Below, piece after piece: positions 35,915 to 49,036 of a stretch of 64,000 bases of DNA (position 1 is its first letter; the number at the start of each line of letters is the position of its first letter). A program made the translations under genes and the position numbers. Below the pieces are notes generated by a model. The model was given only the letters and a program-made list of their open reading frames with translations, had not been told where the DNA came from and made no database searches. Origin of the DNA: Octopus bimaculoides (Eukaryota); assembly GCF_001194135.2 (NCBI RefSeq), contig NC_068993.1:23594655-23658654 (forward strand), given 5' to 3'.

Positions 35915-36018
35915 NNNNNNNNNNNNNNNNNNNNNNNNNNNNNNNNNNNNNNNNNNNNNNNNNNNNNNNNNNNNNNNNNNNNNNNNNNNNNNNNNNNNNN
36001 NNNNNNNNNNNNNNNNNA

Positions 36019-36120
36019 TATATATATATATATACATTATTTACATTATTTACAATTGACGGGTATTTGTCCTCATCTTGTTTGTTGTTAACACAACGTT
36101 TCGGCTGATATACTCTCCAG
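36019..36120 (-). mobile_element. Partial PLE family A terminal repeat (3' half of hammerhead plus tail)
   Basis: Minus CTGGAGAGTATATCAGCC-GAAAC-GTT-GTGTT-AACAACAAACAAGATGAGG; CTGATGA absent. Confidence 0.8.
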
Positions 36121-36611
36121 TTCCTTCCCCAATTCTTCAATTCCTCTGCTCTGTACATCTCTCTGTTCATCCCACGTGACCGGTGCTCGGGTAAGCTTAT
36201 ATTCCTATCTGCTGTCTTTCATCGAAAGACACATGTTGTTATTCTTGTTTGTATTTGTAATCGTGTAACATTTTCTCCGTTTTCTTACTTTTTTTGTTCA
36301 TGTTGTCGGATATATTCGCTTGCTTTCTTGCAAACATTGAATGCCCTTAGCTTAGATTTTGGGGGCTTACCAATTTTGAACAGTCTCAAGTGTAACAGGC
36401 CGAAACTGTAATAATGATTGGAAGCTTGACTGAAGAATAGAACGTCACGAATATTTCGTCCTGGTTTTCCTGTCCGTCCTTGTTTCGTCCATCTGTCCGT
36501 ACGTTTTCATTGTCATCCGTTACGTTCTTGTTCCGTCTATTGGATTTATAAATACACATAGCGGCATACGTACACCTTATGCTCAGCTTGTCAGAATATA
36601 TATATATATAT

Positions 36612-36643
<32 letters not shown>

Positions 36644-37118
36644 NNNNNNNNNNNNNNNNNNNNNNNNNNNNNNNNNNNNNNNNNNNNNNNNNNNNNNNNN
36701 NNNNNNNNNNNNNNNNNNNNNNNNNNNNNNNNNNNNNNNNNNNNNNNNNNNNNNNNNNNNNNNNNNNNNNNNNNNNNNNNNNNNNNNNNNNNNNNNNNNN
36801 NNNNNNNNNNNNNNNNNNNNNNNNNNNNNNNNNNNNNNNNNNNNNNNNNNNNNNNNNNNNNNNNNNNNNNNNNNNNNNNNNNNNNNNNNNNNNNNNNNNN
36901 NNNNNNNNNNNNNNNNNNNNNNNNNNNNNNNNNNNNNNNNNNNNNNNNNNNNNNNNNNNNNNNNNNNNNNNNNNNNNNNNNNNNNNNNNNNNNNNNNNNN
37001 NNNNNNNNNNNNNNNNNNNNNNNNNNNNNNNNNNNNNNNNNNNNNNNNNNNNNNNNNNNNNNNNNNNNNNNNNNNNNNNNNNNNNNNNNNNNNNNNNNNN
37101 NNNNNNNNNNNNNNNNNN

Positions 37119-37157
<39 letters not shown>

Positions 37158-37689
37158 CATCTACATGCCTGTTTGTATATGTAATATATATGTGTATGTA
37201 TGTGTTTAGACATACATACAGATTTTATAGACTTGCAAATTCCGCTTTCTCTAATCCATAGCTCCATAGAAACAAAATAGTTTGTATTTCTAAAAGCAGT
37301 TGTTTTCGGAATATTTTCGTGAAACCCCAAAGTATAATGCCAATAAAATTTATAGCTATCAAGATAATTTCTCCACAATCTGGGAAGTCAAGTAATTAGA
37401 TGTAGAGTCTATAAAGACATCTGATGACCAGCACATAATCAATTTCATTATGGACATATGTACGTACTAGTAAAATATATACAGATTATGTGCATATATA
37501 AATTATGAATCGATAAATCAATAAACAGTAAATATGCACCAATCTAAATCAATAAAAGCAAATGTTCGCTAATTAATATAAATGCTGATGTATATATTTG
37601 TAACTGTACTGAAATCCATGTCCAAATCCTCAAGTAGTGAAAGCTTGTTTATCCATTAGATAAGCTTTAGAATTAATATAGTTGAACTA

Positions 37690-38575
37690 ATTATCTATCT
37701 AGGCCGTCCCACAGGGCGTTCCAAGACTGTTTCCCATTCTTCTTTATCTTCCATAATGTTCCTCAGTTCCTGTACCCCTTCCATACCAGCATCCTCCAGC
37801 AAGTTGTCGATAGAGTTCGTCTTCTTCCTTCCTCTCCTGCTTCTTCTTTCCGTTGGGTTGCCAGAGCACTAGCTTGTTAGCAATGTCATCGGTGGGTCTG
37901 ATACAGTGTCTAGCTAGCCTCATCCTTCTATGCTGCATCTTCAATGTTACTTTTAGTAGTCCCTGGTGTAAGCCGTACTATGTACTGCGTAGAACGTACG
38001 AGGAGAAGGAAGAACAGGGATTCAAATTGCATAGGCATAGAGGTAGACGGCATCAAGCAGTAACAGTAATTGACGTAAACTATACTGGCGTTATAAATAA
38101 TTTGACATTATAAATATAGAGGACAGATCAAGCACAGGATTAGAGCAGATTAGAGCAGAAATCGGGGAAGGTAGTATTGTACTGTAACGCAAAGAAATCA
38201 AAACTGCAAGTATTCAACCACGAAATGCCTGTGTCGGTGAAAGTGAGAGACGGTAAGTCGCTCAAGGAGTTGAACATTTCAAATACCTTGGTGCGTGGAC
38301 ACAAAGTACTGAAAAAGACATCGTAGCAAGGAAAGCTCTTGCCTGGAGCGCATGCCATAAATTGAGAAAGGTATGGAGTTCAACGTTAGCAAGGAAATTG
38401 AAAGTGAGGTTGTTTCTGGCAACAGTGGACGCTCACAAATACATGGACGCTCACAAAAGCATTAAAGAAGCAGTTGGACAGTTGTTATACGAGGATGCTT
38501 AGAATGGCACTCAGTGTCTCTTGGAAAAGTCATACAACAAACGCTGACTTATACCTGGGACTGCCTGTAAAAATA
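37690..38575. mobile_element. RTE-clade LINE fragment with internal inversion
   Basis: Plus 37961-38575: RT segment DVNYTGVI (from D.DFADDI), YCNAKK, ETWTLTK-like WTLTKALKKQLDSCYTRMLRMAL, LYLGLP; minus 37960-37690: KVTLKMQHRRMRLARHC..ANKLVLWQP and the 3' end. Confidence 0.8.
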
Positions 38576-38650
38576 CTTGCATGATATCTACTTCCATGTA
38601 ATTTAGTGCTACTAAAAATAATATATCTTTAATTTAGGTTCGTTCATTAG

Positions 38651-38860
38651 GGAGGGCAACTGGCTGAATTATTAACACGGTGGGCCAAACGCTTAGCAGA
38701 CTTTCGTCCATCTGCACGATCTAAGTTCGAATTCTTCGGATGTCGATTTTACCTCTTATCTTTCGAGGTCGATAAAATACCCCCCCCCCTTGAACACTGG
38801 TGTCGATGCATTAGATTTAACCCCTCTCTCCCAAAATTGCTTGTGTTGTGCCAATATTTG
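38651..38860 (+). mobile_element. SINE family 2 (diverged)
   Basis: GGCAACTGGCTGAATTATTAACAC..AAGTTCGAATTC..TTTCGAGGTCGATAAAATAC. Confidence 0.65.
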
Positions 38861-39198
38861 TTAGTAATTTCCGTACATTCCGTGATGCAACGATTAGCAA
38901 GATGTTAGTTTTGCGACATATTATTTATGTTACAGTAGACAGCCATTCTACTAGAGATGACTTCCAAAATGTGCCAAAAATGTTTGCTTAAACTTGTTTA
39001 AATAATATCTTTATCATTTGTTTTTAAATAGCATTCGATTGACTTCACGGAAATTCACCCATTTTTTCTGAGAGTGGATGTATTACCTAATAAGGACTAT
39101 CAATTTTAGATTTCAGTTCGAAGGGTAATACAATCATGAAAAGATCGTAAGATATTTCAAACTTTTTAAATGGAATGGCTGTGTGGTAAGTAGCCATA

Positions 39199-39770
39199 GG
39201 CACAGGAGTGGCTCTGTGGTAAGTAGCTTGCTTACCAACCACATGCTTCCGGGTTCAGTCCCACTGCGTGGCATCTTGGACAACTGTCTTCTACTATAGC
39301 CTCGGGCCGACCACAGCCTTATGAGTGGATTTGGTAGACGGAAACTGAAAGAAGCCTGTCGTATATATGTATATATATATATATNNNNNNNNNNNNNNNN
39401 NNNNNNNNNNNNNNNNNNNNNNNNNNNNNNNNNNNNNNNNNNNNNNNNNNNNNNNNNNNNNNNNNNNNNNNNNNNNNNNNNNNNNNNNNNNNNNNNNNNN
39501 NNNNNNNNNNNNNNNNNNNNNNNNNNNNNNNNNNNNNNTGTGTGTGTGTGTGTGTGTGTGTGTGTATTTGCGTGTTTTCGTTTGTCTCCCTAGCATTGTT
39601 TGACAGCCGATGCTGGTGTGTTTATGTCCCCGTCACGTAGCGGTTCGGCAAAAGAGACCGATAGAATAAGTACTAGGCTTACAAAGAATAAGTCCCGGGG
39701 TCGATTTGCTCAACTAAAGGCGCTGCGGCAGCATGGCCGCAGTCAAATGACTGAAACAAGTAAAAGAGTA
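39199..39770 (+). mobile_element. SINE family 1, full length (internal microsatellite gapped)
   Basis: GGCACAGGAGTGGCTCTGTGGTAAGTAGC..GGGTTCAGTCCC through GCAGTCAAATGACTGAAACAAGTAAAAGAG. Confidence 0.9.
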
Positions 39771-40002
39771 TATATTTATCTATTGATACAATATTATTTT
39801 CGTCGGATATCTTTTGTGATGATATTTTGATGTAAAGTTTCCTGCTCCTACTTTATAATATATAATCGCTCTTATTAAATGCCTAAATACCTCTAAAGTT
39901 TAAGACATTTCCCTACAAAGAGCACTTATTCGAAAATCAGTATACTGTATTCTCATTGAATATATTTGATTAACTATATATACGTATATAGATAGATAGT
40001 TT

Positions 40003-40057
<55 letters not shown>

Positions 40058-41996
40058 GCGTGTGTACATACATACATGTGTCTGTGTGTTCTTATGAATA
40101 ATTTTGGTGCATAATTTTATAAAAGCTTCCGTCTGTACGGTGAGTGTATCCTGGTTTATGTATTACTTTTGTGAGGAATATATTTCTCAGCTAATCTTAT
40201 TTATACACAACTAGCATGTATTCCAGTTATAGTTTCGGACGACGTGTGTGAATTTTTTTAATGATATTTATTGTTTATGGAACTAATACTCTATAATCTA
40301 AATTGTTTGTACTTTAGTATGAATCATCATTAAATATCACCTGTTATCCCTCACTGGTTACTTAGCCCAACATATTTTCCCGTATCTATAGTAAATGATT
40401 TTCTACGCTCAATCTTTTCATTAATGTCAAATGAATGAAACCTTTCTTAGAATGCATGTCTAGATAATTTCTTTCCTCGCCTATAAATGACGTATTTCCT
40501 AAATGTAATCTATGTATTGTGATTATTTCGTCTTCGTGATTAACCCTAGATTTAAATTTATTAACTCAGCTAAACAACATTCAGATATCGCTAGCAAGCA
40601 GTATTTATTCCAGTTAATCAATTTTTAACGTAAAAACAGTTCATTTCCTTTTTATGTCGGTTGCAATACATAAAACATTCTAGAAATTTTATTTTGATTT
40701 TTGGTTTTGTTAAATACAAATAAAAAATGTAGATTTGCATATTTTGGTACAGCATACTTTTATTATTTAATAAGCAAGCCTTTGTTAATTCCGATGAAAT
40801 TGCATTTATGGGGGCAGCTCGGTATTTACAGAGAAAAGATCGGAAACTGAGCAGTCTTCAGAAAGAGACAGCAAAGGACTGGGAATTGAGAATATGTAAA
40901 TGAGTATTACGTACTAGTTATTTATTCTATCATTAACTCCAATATAGTTAAGAAATACTGACTTTAGTATATTAACATTATCCTCGCTGACATAAATATG
41001 AACATTAAATATTGACAACGAATTTAATTGTTTAATTGTTCTGCTCAACAGCAGAAAGAAACAGAGTAGAGAAGCAAACGTCTACTCAACACCAGATTGC
41101 AGCTACAAAATTAGCAGAAATAGTTATATAGGAGGTACTTTTGCCAAATATATCGTAATATTTATCACTAAAGTTGAAGATGACAGTGGCGATTGTATCT
41201 AAGTATGTATGGGGACAACAAAATTAACACTTAGAAATGAAACCTTAAATATGAGCATTCATGTATAAGCCCTGTTAAAAAGGGTGAAATGTGTCACAAT
41301 TTATAGAGTTTTCTTGTGACAGATAAGTACATTAGAATTCAAACCTATTTCGGTGATTGCGAATAAACCATCCGCTAGTTGAACAAAATAATAGATGAAA
41401 CGGCAAATTGTATTCAACTATTTTTCTATTGGCAACATGAGAAATTCAAAATCGTTCTAGTCAGTGTATATTTACTCCTTTCAGCTATGAATGTGTGTGC
41501 CTCCTGATATAGCCAGTTTGTTTTTTTTTATCTTTATTTTTTTCAGGGATTATGCTTAAATAATTTGCAGTTCATAGCCCACTCTATTTCCTAACAGAAA
41601 TAATTGTTGGAGCGCATATGGTTGGAACTTCGGCCACGAAAAAAATCGTTGCATTGGTCAATATTTTACCGGGAAAATTATCTAAATTAATGTTGGCATT
41701 CCAGAAGTAAGGTAATGCACAGTTCTAAACGGAGGGAAAAGGTCGAAGGGAGGGAACGTGGAATAGTGAAACTTCTTGTATCTAAAAATCACCAGAGAAC
41801 TATGGTGGAAAGAATGGCAACACAACTAAACTACAACCTTTCTGACCCTGTGTCAAGAAAGGTTTTTTTTTCCTCTGCTCCACAATGTTGGGTATCTCGG
41901 AAGTTATTAAACCTTCAAATCTTCATTCATCAATAATAATAATCAGAAAGAATGGTTATTTACAATGGATGGATAGATATCCTCACCTTGTTTGTT

Positions 41997-42045
41997 GTTA
42001 CCACAATATTTTGGCTGATGTTCTCTCCAGCATTCATCAGGTTTT
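41997..42045 (-). ncRNA. Degenerate family A hammerhead (core mutated)
   Basis: CTGATGA-A-TGCTGG/TCAGCC-AAAAT-ATT-GTGGT; GAAAC changed to AAAAT. Confidence 0.55.
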
Positions 42046-42155
42046 CAGTTGGTGTTTCGAACTCAACCCTTTATTTGAGTAATGGGGTACTCTGTTCTCA
42101 TTCCTAAGGTATTCATTTTTTGCTGATGTTTTATATTTTTCTGATGTTATTTCCC

Positions 42156-42231
42156 AAGTCCCTGCCTGGGATTGAACTCCCAATCTGAGGGTTAATAATT
42201 CGTGCTTTTATCCACTACACTATATTCCCGT
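42156..42231 (-). promoter_or_regulatory. tRNA-like Pol III A/B-box segment in the PLE 3' UTR
   Basis: TAGTGTAGTGG (42222-12) and GAGTTCAATCCC (42179-68); homologous to 120-196. Confidence 0.65.
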
Positions 42232-45200
42232 AGGCAATTAAAGAGTGAATGTGGGGGCTTATAAACCTAATATTTTATCTTTTCTTAATACCGGTTCCCA
42301 TACTGCAATCATATTTGCACTAGGTCTGCTTAGGAGATTATTGTCCTTTCGTATTTTCCAGTAATGTTCTCTGTCAATTATTTTAACTTAATCCCACAGA
42401 GGGAAGTGGTCTCCGTTTTTCCATATACGATCGGCGAAATCCGATTTTTTCAAGATTCTCTTGTGTCATAGCTTTACGATGTTTCTCTATCCTCCTTTTA
42501 AGGGGGCGACAAATGAAGTACATGCAGTTTTTGGTCATATTCTGTTCTGTGGGTGGTTTTAATCGGAAGAGATATTTGCGAAGTGTTGTATTACTTCCGA
42601 ATACTATCCTGATGTTATATGGACCGCATATCTTTTGTATCTTTTCTGAGAGGCCTTTGACATAAGGTAGACATTGTGGTCAGGTTATAGACTTTATCGT
42701 CTCTCCTCTTCCTATTTGGAGTGTATAGTATTTTTCTGGCTAGTTGTTGCATAGTAGATTGATTCTTAGCCTGATTATTTCCTCGTGGTGTGTATCAGAA
42801 TCGCTACTTAAAGTCTTTGCTCGATGTTTTAGGAACTGAGCAAACTCCCTCTTTATACTGTATCGATGGTGGTAATTGAAGGTGAGGTATTGTCCAGTGA
42901 AGGTTGGCTTGCGATATACGGATGTCGTGAATCCATACTCAGTGTGTGTTATTAATACATGCAGGAATGCCAGCTGATTGTTTTACATTTTCCATTGTGA
43001 GCTGTACTGATGGCTTTATAGAGTTGACATGATCCAGCAGTACTTGGACATCCTCTTGCTGGAGCTACAATATAAAAGTGTCATCAGCATGTTGAAGCCA
43101 TAGGGTTAGCTTTAGTGGTGTTGATCCTAAAGCCAAATTCTCAAAATATTCCACGTATGTATTGGCTATTATTTGTGACAATGGTGAACCCTCTTGTCGA
43201 TATATACCAGTATCTACTCTGAAGTAGATAGTTTCTACGCAGAAAGTTAGCATTTCCTTAAAGTTTCCTATTGGTATACTAGTGGCTGTCACTAGTTTGT
43301 CTTGAATGACTGATAGTGCTTCATCCTTTGGGACTTTGGTAAACAGACTTATCACATTTAGACTCCCCATCTGGTTGGATCCATTGAAGGTATCCTTGAT
43401 CAATTTTGTAAAGTGAGCGGAATTCTTCACAAATGAGGTTGACTTACCTGTTAATGGACTGATTATATTTACAAGGAAGCAGCTCAGTGGATGACATGCC
43501 AAATCCCTACAGCTTACTATAGGTCTTAATGGAACACCACCCTTGTGAATCTTAGGGGGACCGTGTGTGTGGCAGCTGACTGTAGTGATGGGTCAGTTGC
43601 CTGTGCTTCATTGGTATGAAGTGATCCTTGTTCTTGATTAAGATCTGTGACAATTCTTCTGTTTTCAGAGTTGGAGCTTTCTTTATTTTACTGTAACTAC
43701 CATCACTTATAATACTTGCTAATTTTTAAGAGTATTCAGACTTGTGTATTACCACCGTAGCATTGCCTTTGTATTCCGGAAGTATTATGATGGAACTGTC
43801 ATTCCCTTATGTTTTGATAGCCAAAGTTTCGTTCCTATTGATGTTTGGTTTGGGAAGTTTCGCTTTCTCTATTACTTGTCTCACTTTCCACCTCAGCTCA
43901 TGTCCCTGAGCATTTGGTATCTATATGGCTACCTCCTCAATAGGGGCTATTATTTTCAAGTATGAAATGCGCTTAATGGCTGTCGCAAAGTTGAGACCTT
44001 TGTTTAGAATGCTTCGTCGGTCTTTATTCTCTGACCTTTGAGCTTTATAAATTTCTTAATCTGGCGTGTCTTCACCTTCTGAAATTCTTTCTTGTGCGAC
44101 TTTTCTAGATCTTGTTGGATTATCTCACTGTCTTCATCTCCGGTTATTCTCCAAATTAATGTCTCTGATTTCGTTATTTGACGTTTTTCCAACGGTTATA
44201 GAGGATCCTCTCACGGACAAAAGCGTGTCCTGCTCTTTCCGCTACTCTTTGAGCTTTTATTGAATATGCTGATATCATTGCGGTCAAACCAGGTGGTATT
44301 AGCTTTGAGTCTCTTCATCTACACAGGAACGTTAGATGGTTTCAACTAGAATCTGACGGAGTTTTTCTGTATGTCTTCATTGAAGTTTAATGAGGAATTA
44401 TGGACATTGTTTACAATGGATGGATAGGTGTCCTCACCTTGTTTGTTCTTATCACAACGTTTTGGCTGGTGTACTAAAATGGACGGATAAGTAAGGACAC
44501 CTATCCGGCCATTGTAAATAATGTACATAATCCCTCATCTCAAAAATATAGAATAGAAAGAATGTCTAGAGTATCAGAAATGGTCGATAGCGCAATAGAA
44601 TGTTTTCTTCTCTCTGGAACAATCATTGATTCTTTTACTAACTACGTCGCACGTTTAATCTGGAAGAGGCTGAATGAAGCTTTTAACTGTTTGATCATTG
44701 TCTGGATAGATGGAGATGGCTCTGATCTGATTTGGGCAGCCATATCACGCAACTTACTTGGTCTGTTGTACATCCCAGAATTAACACAAAATCTTTTCTT
44801 AGTATATTGATTGATCATGTCATTTATATCGTATAAACATTGTTACCTGATGGTAATACAATCTTCGACGGCAAATAATACGCCAATTCATGCTACAAAT
44901 ATAATTCAACATTGGTGCGATGAGCATAGAAGAGAAGTTGGCCAGTTGAATTATTCCTCCACAATCACTGGAACTGCATATGATCGAAGATTTATGGTAC
45001 GTTTTTGAGCAGCAAGTAAGGAACCGCTTTTTTTCTGCGAGAGTCCCTGAAAGGACTGAAGTAGGTTTTACCTAAAGAATGGCACAACTTTTGCAAGTAA
45101 CCGTTCATAACCTGTGCATGTCAATCACTCGATGTATTAAAAGCCACGGTTGATGCCAAATTTTAACCACTGCTGAATTAAATAATAAACTTGCAATTTA

Positions 45201-45990
45201 GCAAGGTGTTACCATTATTTTCTCCAGCCCATGTAAGAATATACAAAAATGAACATCAAACATGAATATGAAGTGCAGCATGTTATTTATAGAGTGAGAC
45301 GTTTAACAAATATGCCTGGCATGATTTTTTTAGACCAGGAAAACAATTCTCTTGGTATCTTTCAGATAACGAACGAAACTCTGACAATTTAAACACTGTC
45401 TCAGTAGAAGTTCAGTAAAGTACGAAAAGGGACAGAGGTATTGAGTTTTTGATATAATTTCAGAAGTATAACTGCTAAGTATAATAACTAAGCTAATAAC
45501 TACATTCGGTCAAATTAGCTAATATTTGAAGGAAAAGATAACATTTTACGCCCATTTAATTTGGCAAAAGGCGATATCTACTAGTCCAAGGCATGCAAAG
45601 GTTATGGTTATTATTGTATAAAGGAAATACATAATAGAACATCTGTTATAGGTTTAAGTATGTTAGAAGGTCAATAAAAAATAGATAAATTTAAATAGCT
45701 ACGTATAATTACGTATAACCTTCGATATTATTCGCAGGATCGTTTTTGTAATAAAAGTAGAAAGACTCCAATAGTATTTTTATGGAAAGTACGTAAGTGT
45801 CTCTCTCATCTTTCATGTGTGTGTGTGTGTGTGTGTGCATAAAATTACTATATAGAAAGACAGATATTTAATACACCCACACATATTCTGACATCCATCT
45901 CTACTTATAATTATATATACATACATTCACATATACACACATGCATAATACCTACATGCACTTATGTGTGTATATATATATATATATATT

Positions 45991-46104
<114 letters not shown>

Positions 46105-46378
46105 CAAATGTATAAAAACTGCTCGATTAAATGTTGAAATCTAGTTGAAAAGGGTAAACTTTTCACGATCTTATATCAGTTATATTTCATATTGTGAAAG
46201 AATTATTATTTTTATGCATTTAACAAAAGTACAAAATATATAGAAATTCATTTTACACAAGTTTTTGCTGTTGCGTAATATTAATAATTCATGTGTCGCT
46301 GACGTTGTTTCACTCACCGAACACTCAACGAGAAAGCTATTGCATGCGTGCACATGTGTGCATGTGTGTATGTATGTC

Positions 46379-48520
46379 ATTCAGTTTCTTTCAAGATTTC
46401 TTGCCAATAGAGAATGAACCTATTTCTAACCTAGATCCAAGGCTCCTTCATTGGAATATCAACATCAAACACATGTATTTTTTGCTTGTTTGTTTGTATG
46501 CATGTATGTATGTATATATGTATATATGTATGTATGCATGCATGTATGTATGTATGCATGTATGTACGTATGTGCAGATGAGTATGTTTTATGTATGTAG
46601 TCTCATGCATATAGTTGCATAAGTGATAAACTTCTGGAAAGTTTTACAGGATTTTACAGTTCCAGTAATGGGTTGGATCTCTAGTCTTCGAAATTGCTTT
46701 TTGGTTTTGAGAAGCCTAATTTCTCAAGATTGATATTGGTATTTAGGTAGTGGGTTATATATCTCAGAGCACCAATAATTGCAGGTATAAACCTGAACTT
46801 GTAATCTGGATAGAGTAACTGCAGATTTCTCAATAGTTCAGCTTATGTGTTCTCTTTTTCACTGATCTTAAGTTTTATGTTAACATCCGCTGAGCAAATA
46901 ATTTCCACAGCTGTGCCCAGTTTCTCTTCTCTATCCCAAATCATTATATCAGATCTGTTGCGCTTACATTTTTTATTGAGGTCTTCACTGGTACATTCCA
47001 CCAGTATTCCCTTTTATCATGAATGGCTATGGCGTGTACCACATAGTGGGTTCTTATTTTTTTGTCTTCAGGTTTATCCTTCCGACGGATTTCATTATAA
47101 AGTCTCCTCGCTACAACGTCATGTCTCACCGGTAGATCATACCGTGATGACATTTTCGGGAAACTGCTTATGATGTGGGTGATATCTTTAGCGTGAACTC
47201 CACAAAGTCTGCATCGGTTGTCACATTTTATGGTATCTCTTTTCCTTTTGTGCATCAAGTACTTGGTTGATATTTCCTGTTCTTGGATTTCAAACGCATA
47301 CCCTTCAAAGTGGGAGACAGTAATCCGGCTATTGGTCCATGATAAACTGCTTTGATGATCGATGTTACTATCATCACGGAGGTTTCTACTAACATAGCCA
47401 TGCATAGTCTTCTGCTCATATAGGCTCATCCTTTTATCTGATGATACGTTGCGGTAGTCGTGCTACTTTGGGAATGTATTCTAGGTTATCAGACATAGAG
47501 TGTTGCTCAAGGAAATGCCTTCCAAGTCTTATGATTTTATCAGCCTCATGTATGCTAACTTGGTCAAGAGATGTGCTTCGAAACTTGGTGGCTAAAAGAT
47601 GTTGCCGAAGGGATATGATGCGACATTCAAAGGCATTTTGGATCGATGTTAAGCCTCTGCCGCCTTGTTTCCATTTTAGGTAGAGGCACCTACGTCACTG
47701 TTCATATGGAAATTATGTGGGCTTGTTAGTATTTTTCTAGTTTTCTCATTAATGACTCGGATCTCATCAAGTGTCCAATGAAGTAGCGCAAATTTTTGGT
47801 ATAAGTACTGACACTGCAATCACATTGTATGCCACTGTTTTATTGGATGCATAGAGTTCTGAGATCCAAATTTTCTTTATTCGGCTTTAATATTCTTTAG
47901 TGTAATGTATTTTGTTACAGGTGCCATGTAAGATATATTTTCATCCACCCTTAGATACATGTAACATTCCTCGTCAGATACAGGGGAGACAGACAAATCA
48001 TTGATGGAGATGTTACTAGCCTGGTTTATAGTTTCCCCCCTTTTCACAATCATTTATCCCCCTTTCACTTCATTTTCCTCCTTTCACAATCATTTATCAT
48101 GACCAAACTCCAGCCCAACCTCCTTTGAGAATGTCGTAGCTAGGTCAAGGCTCTCATTCATCTTATGCATATTCTTTGCATAAAGTTTTAAGTCATCCAT
48201 AAAGAAACAGTGTATATTTTTGGTATTTCTGTTTCTTTGTGAACCAGTGAGATATCATTAAGACTTCATTAACATGAATGACAAGGGGTTTACAGAAAGT
48301 ATAAACAACATTACAGAGAGGTTGTCTCCTTGGAATATGCCTTTGCGAAATTGTATTCTATTGGCGATTATACAGTCACTCTTTATGCTTAACTTCAATA
48401 CTCATCACCAATCTGTTAACATCTTTTAATATTGCATCTGGTGGCTTCTTACTTACTTCGGTAGAGAATACTCTCTCTCCTCGAGAAAGTACTACAAAGC
48501 CAAAGTTATTTTTCCTCGGA
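46379..48520 (-). mobile_element. R4/Dong-type LINE, family E
   Basis: EQKTMHGY, HFEGYAFEIQEQEISTKY, CRLCG..DITHIISS, RHDVVAR, FIPAIIGAL; RT relic FFMDDLK.. and RKGIFQGDNLSVMLF on minus near 48200-48350. Confidence 0.85.
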
Positions 48521-48740
48521 AAATTTCAGTAAGCGCTCGTTTTACCGGCATATAATCCTGACTACCGCTACTACAACAATAATATTTGCTGTTAGACCTG
48601 GTATTTACCATAGTCGTAGTAGTGGGGGGACTGATCAGTTACTTGAGCTAGTAATGTAGTTTGGCTTGCAGGTACAATGGAATCTGTTGGAATGTCGCTA
48701 GCTGTGAAACCACGTTGTGTATATATCTATGTATGCCATT

Positions 48741-49036
48741 ATTCAGTGTATTTCAAGATTTCTTGCCAAAAAAAGAAACAGGCTTCTAACCTTGATATAA
48801 GGATCCTTCATTGGAATTACAACATCAACAACAGGGTATTTTTGTATGCTTGTAAGTATGTATGTATGTATGTATGTATGTACTGATTCGTATGTTTTAT
48901 GTATGTATGTATTCTCATGTGTATAGTCACATATCTAGACATGCTCATATATATTTAAATGATAAACTTCTGGAAAGTTTTACAGATTTGTACAGTTCTA
49001 TTGATAGATTGGATATGTAGTCTTCGAATTAGCTTT
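48741..49036 (-). mobile_element. Short 3'-end copy of LINE family E
   Basis: Aligns with 46379-46700, including the internal (TATG)n and GATAAACTTCTGGAAAGTTTTACAG. Confidence 0.8.

Larger units (their letters stand above)
41955..44554 (-). mobile_element. Near-full-length degenerate Penelope/Poseidon-type element (family A) with 10-bp TSD
   Basis: RT relic 43065-43502 (VKNSAHF, SLNVISLFTKVP, GSPLSQIIANTYVEYFE, HADDTF), GIY-YIG relic ~42280-42560, terminal repeats at both ends, AGAAAGAATG at 41945-54 and 44555-64. Confidence 0.9.
41600..45235 (+). mobile_element. Degenerate Tc1 element split by the family A PLE (halves ~41600-41954 and 44555-45235)
   Basis: Left half resembles Tc1 N-terminus (ER..VKLLVSKNHQRT..MATQLNYNLSDPVS); right half has GSDLIWAAISR, NTPIHA and PQSLEL..IEDLW-like motifs and ends in TIR-like GGTGTTACCATTATTTTCTCCAGCCCATG-TA. 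Left TIR not resolved. Confidence 0.7.

Noticed and set aside
36386-37378. Long ORFs in the track (330 aa here; also 8914-9687 and 53346-54131)
   Set aside because: Made of N gaps and dinucleotide repeats.
37421-37462. CTGATGA with a CATAAT/ATTATG hairpin and the palindrome ACATATGT
   Set aside because: No GAAA box, no helix I and no PLE context; compatible with chance in AT-rich DNA.
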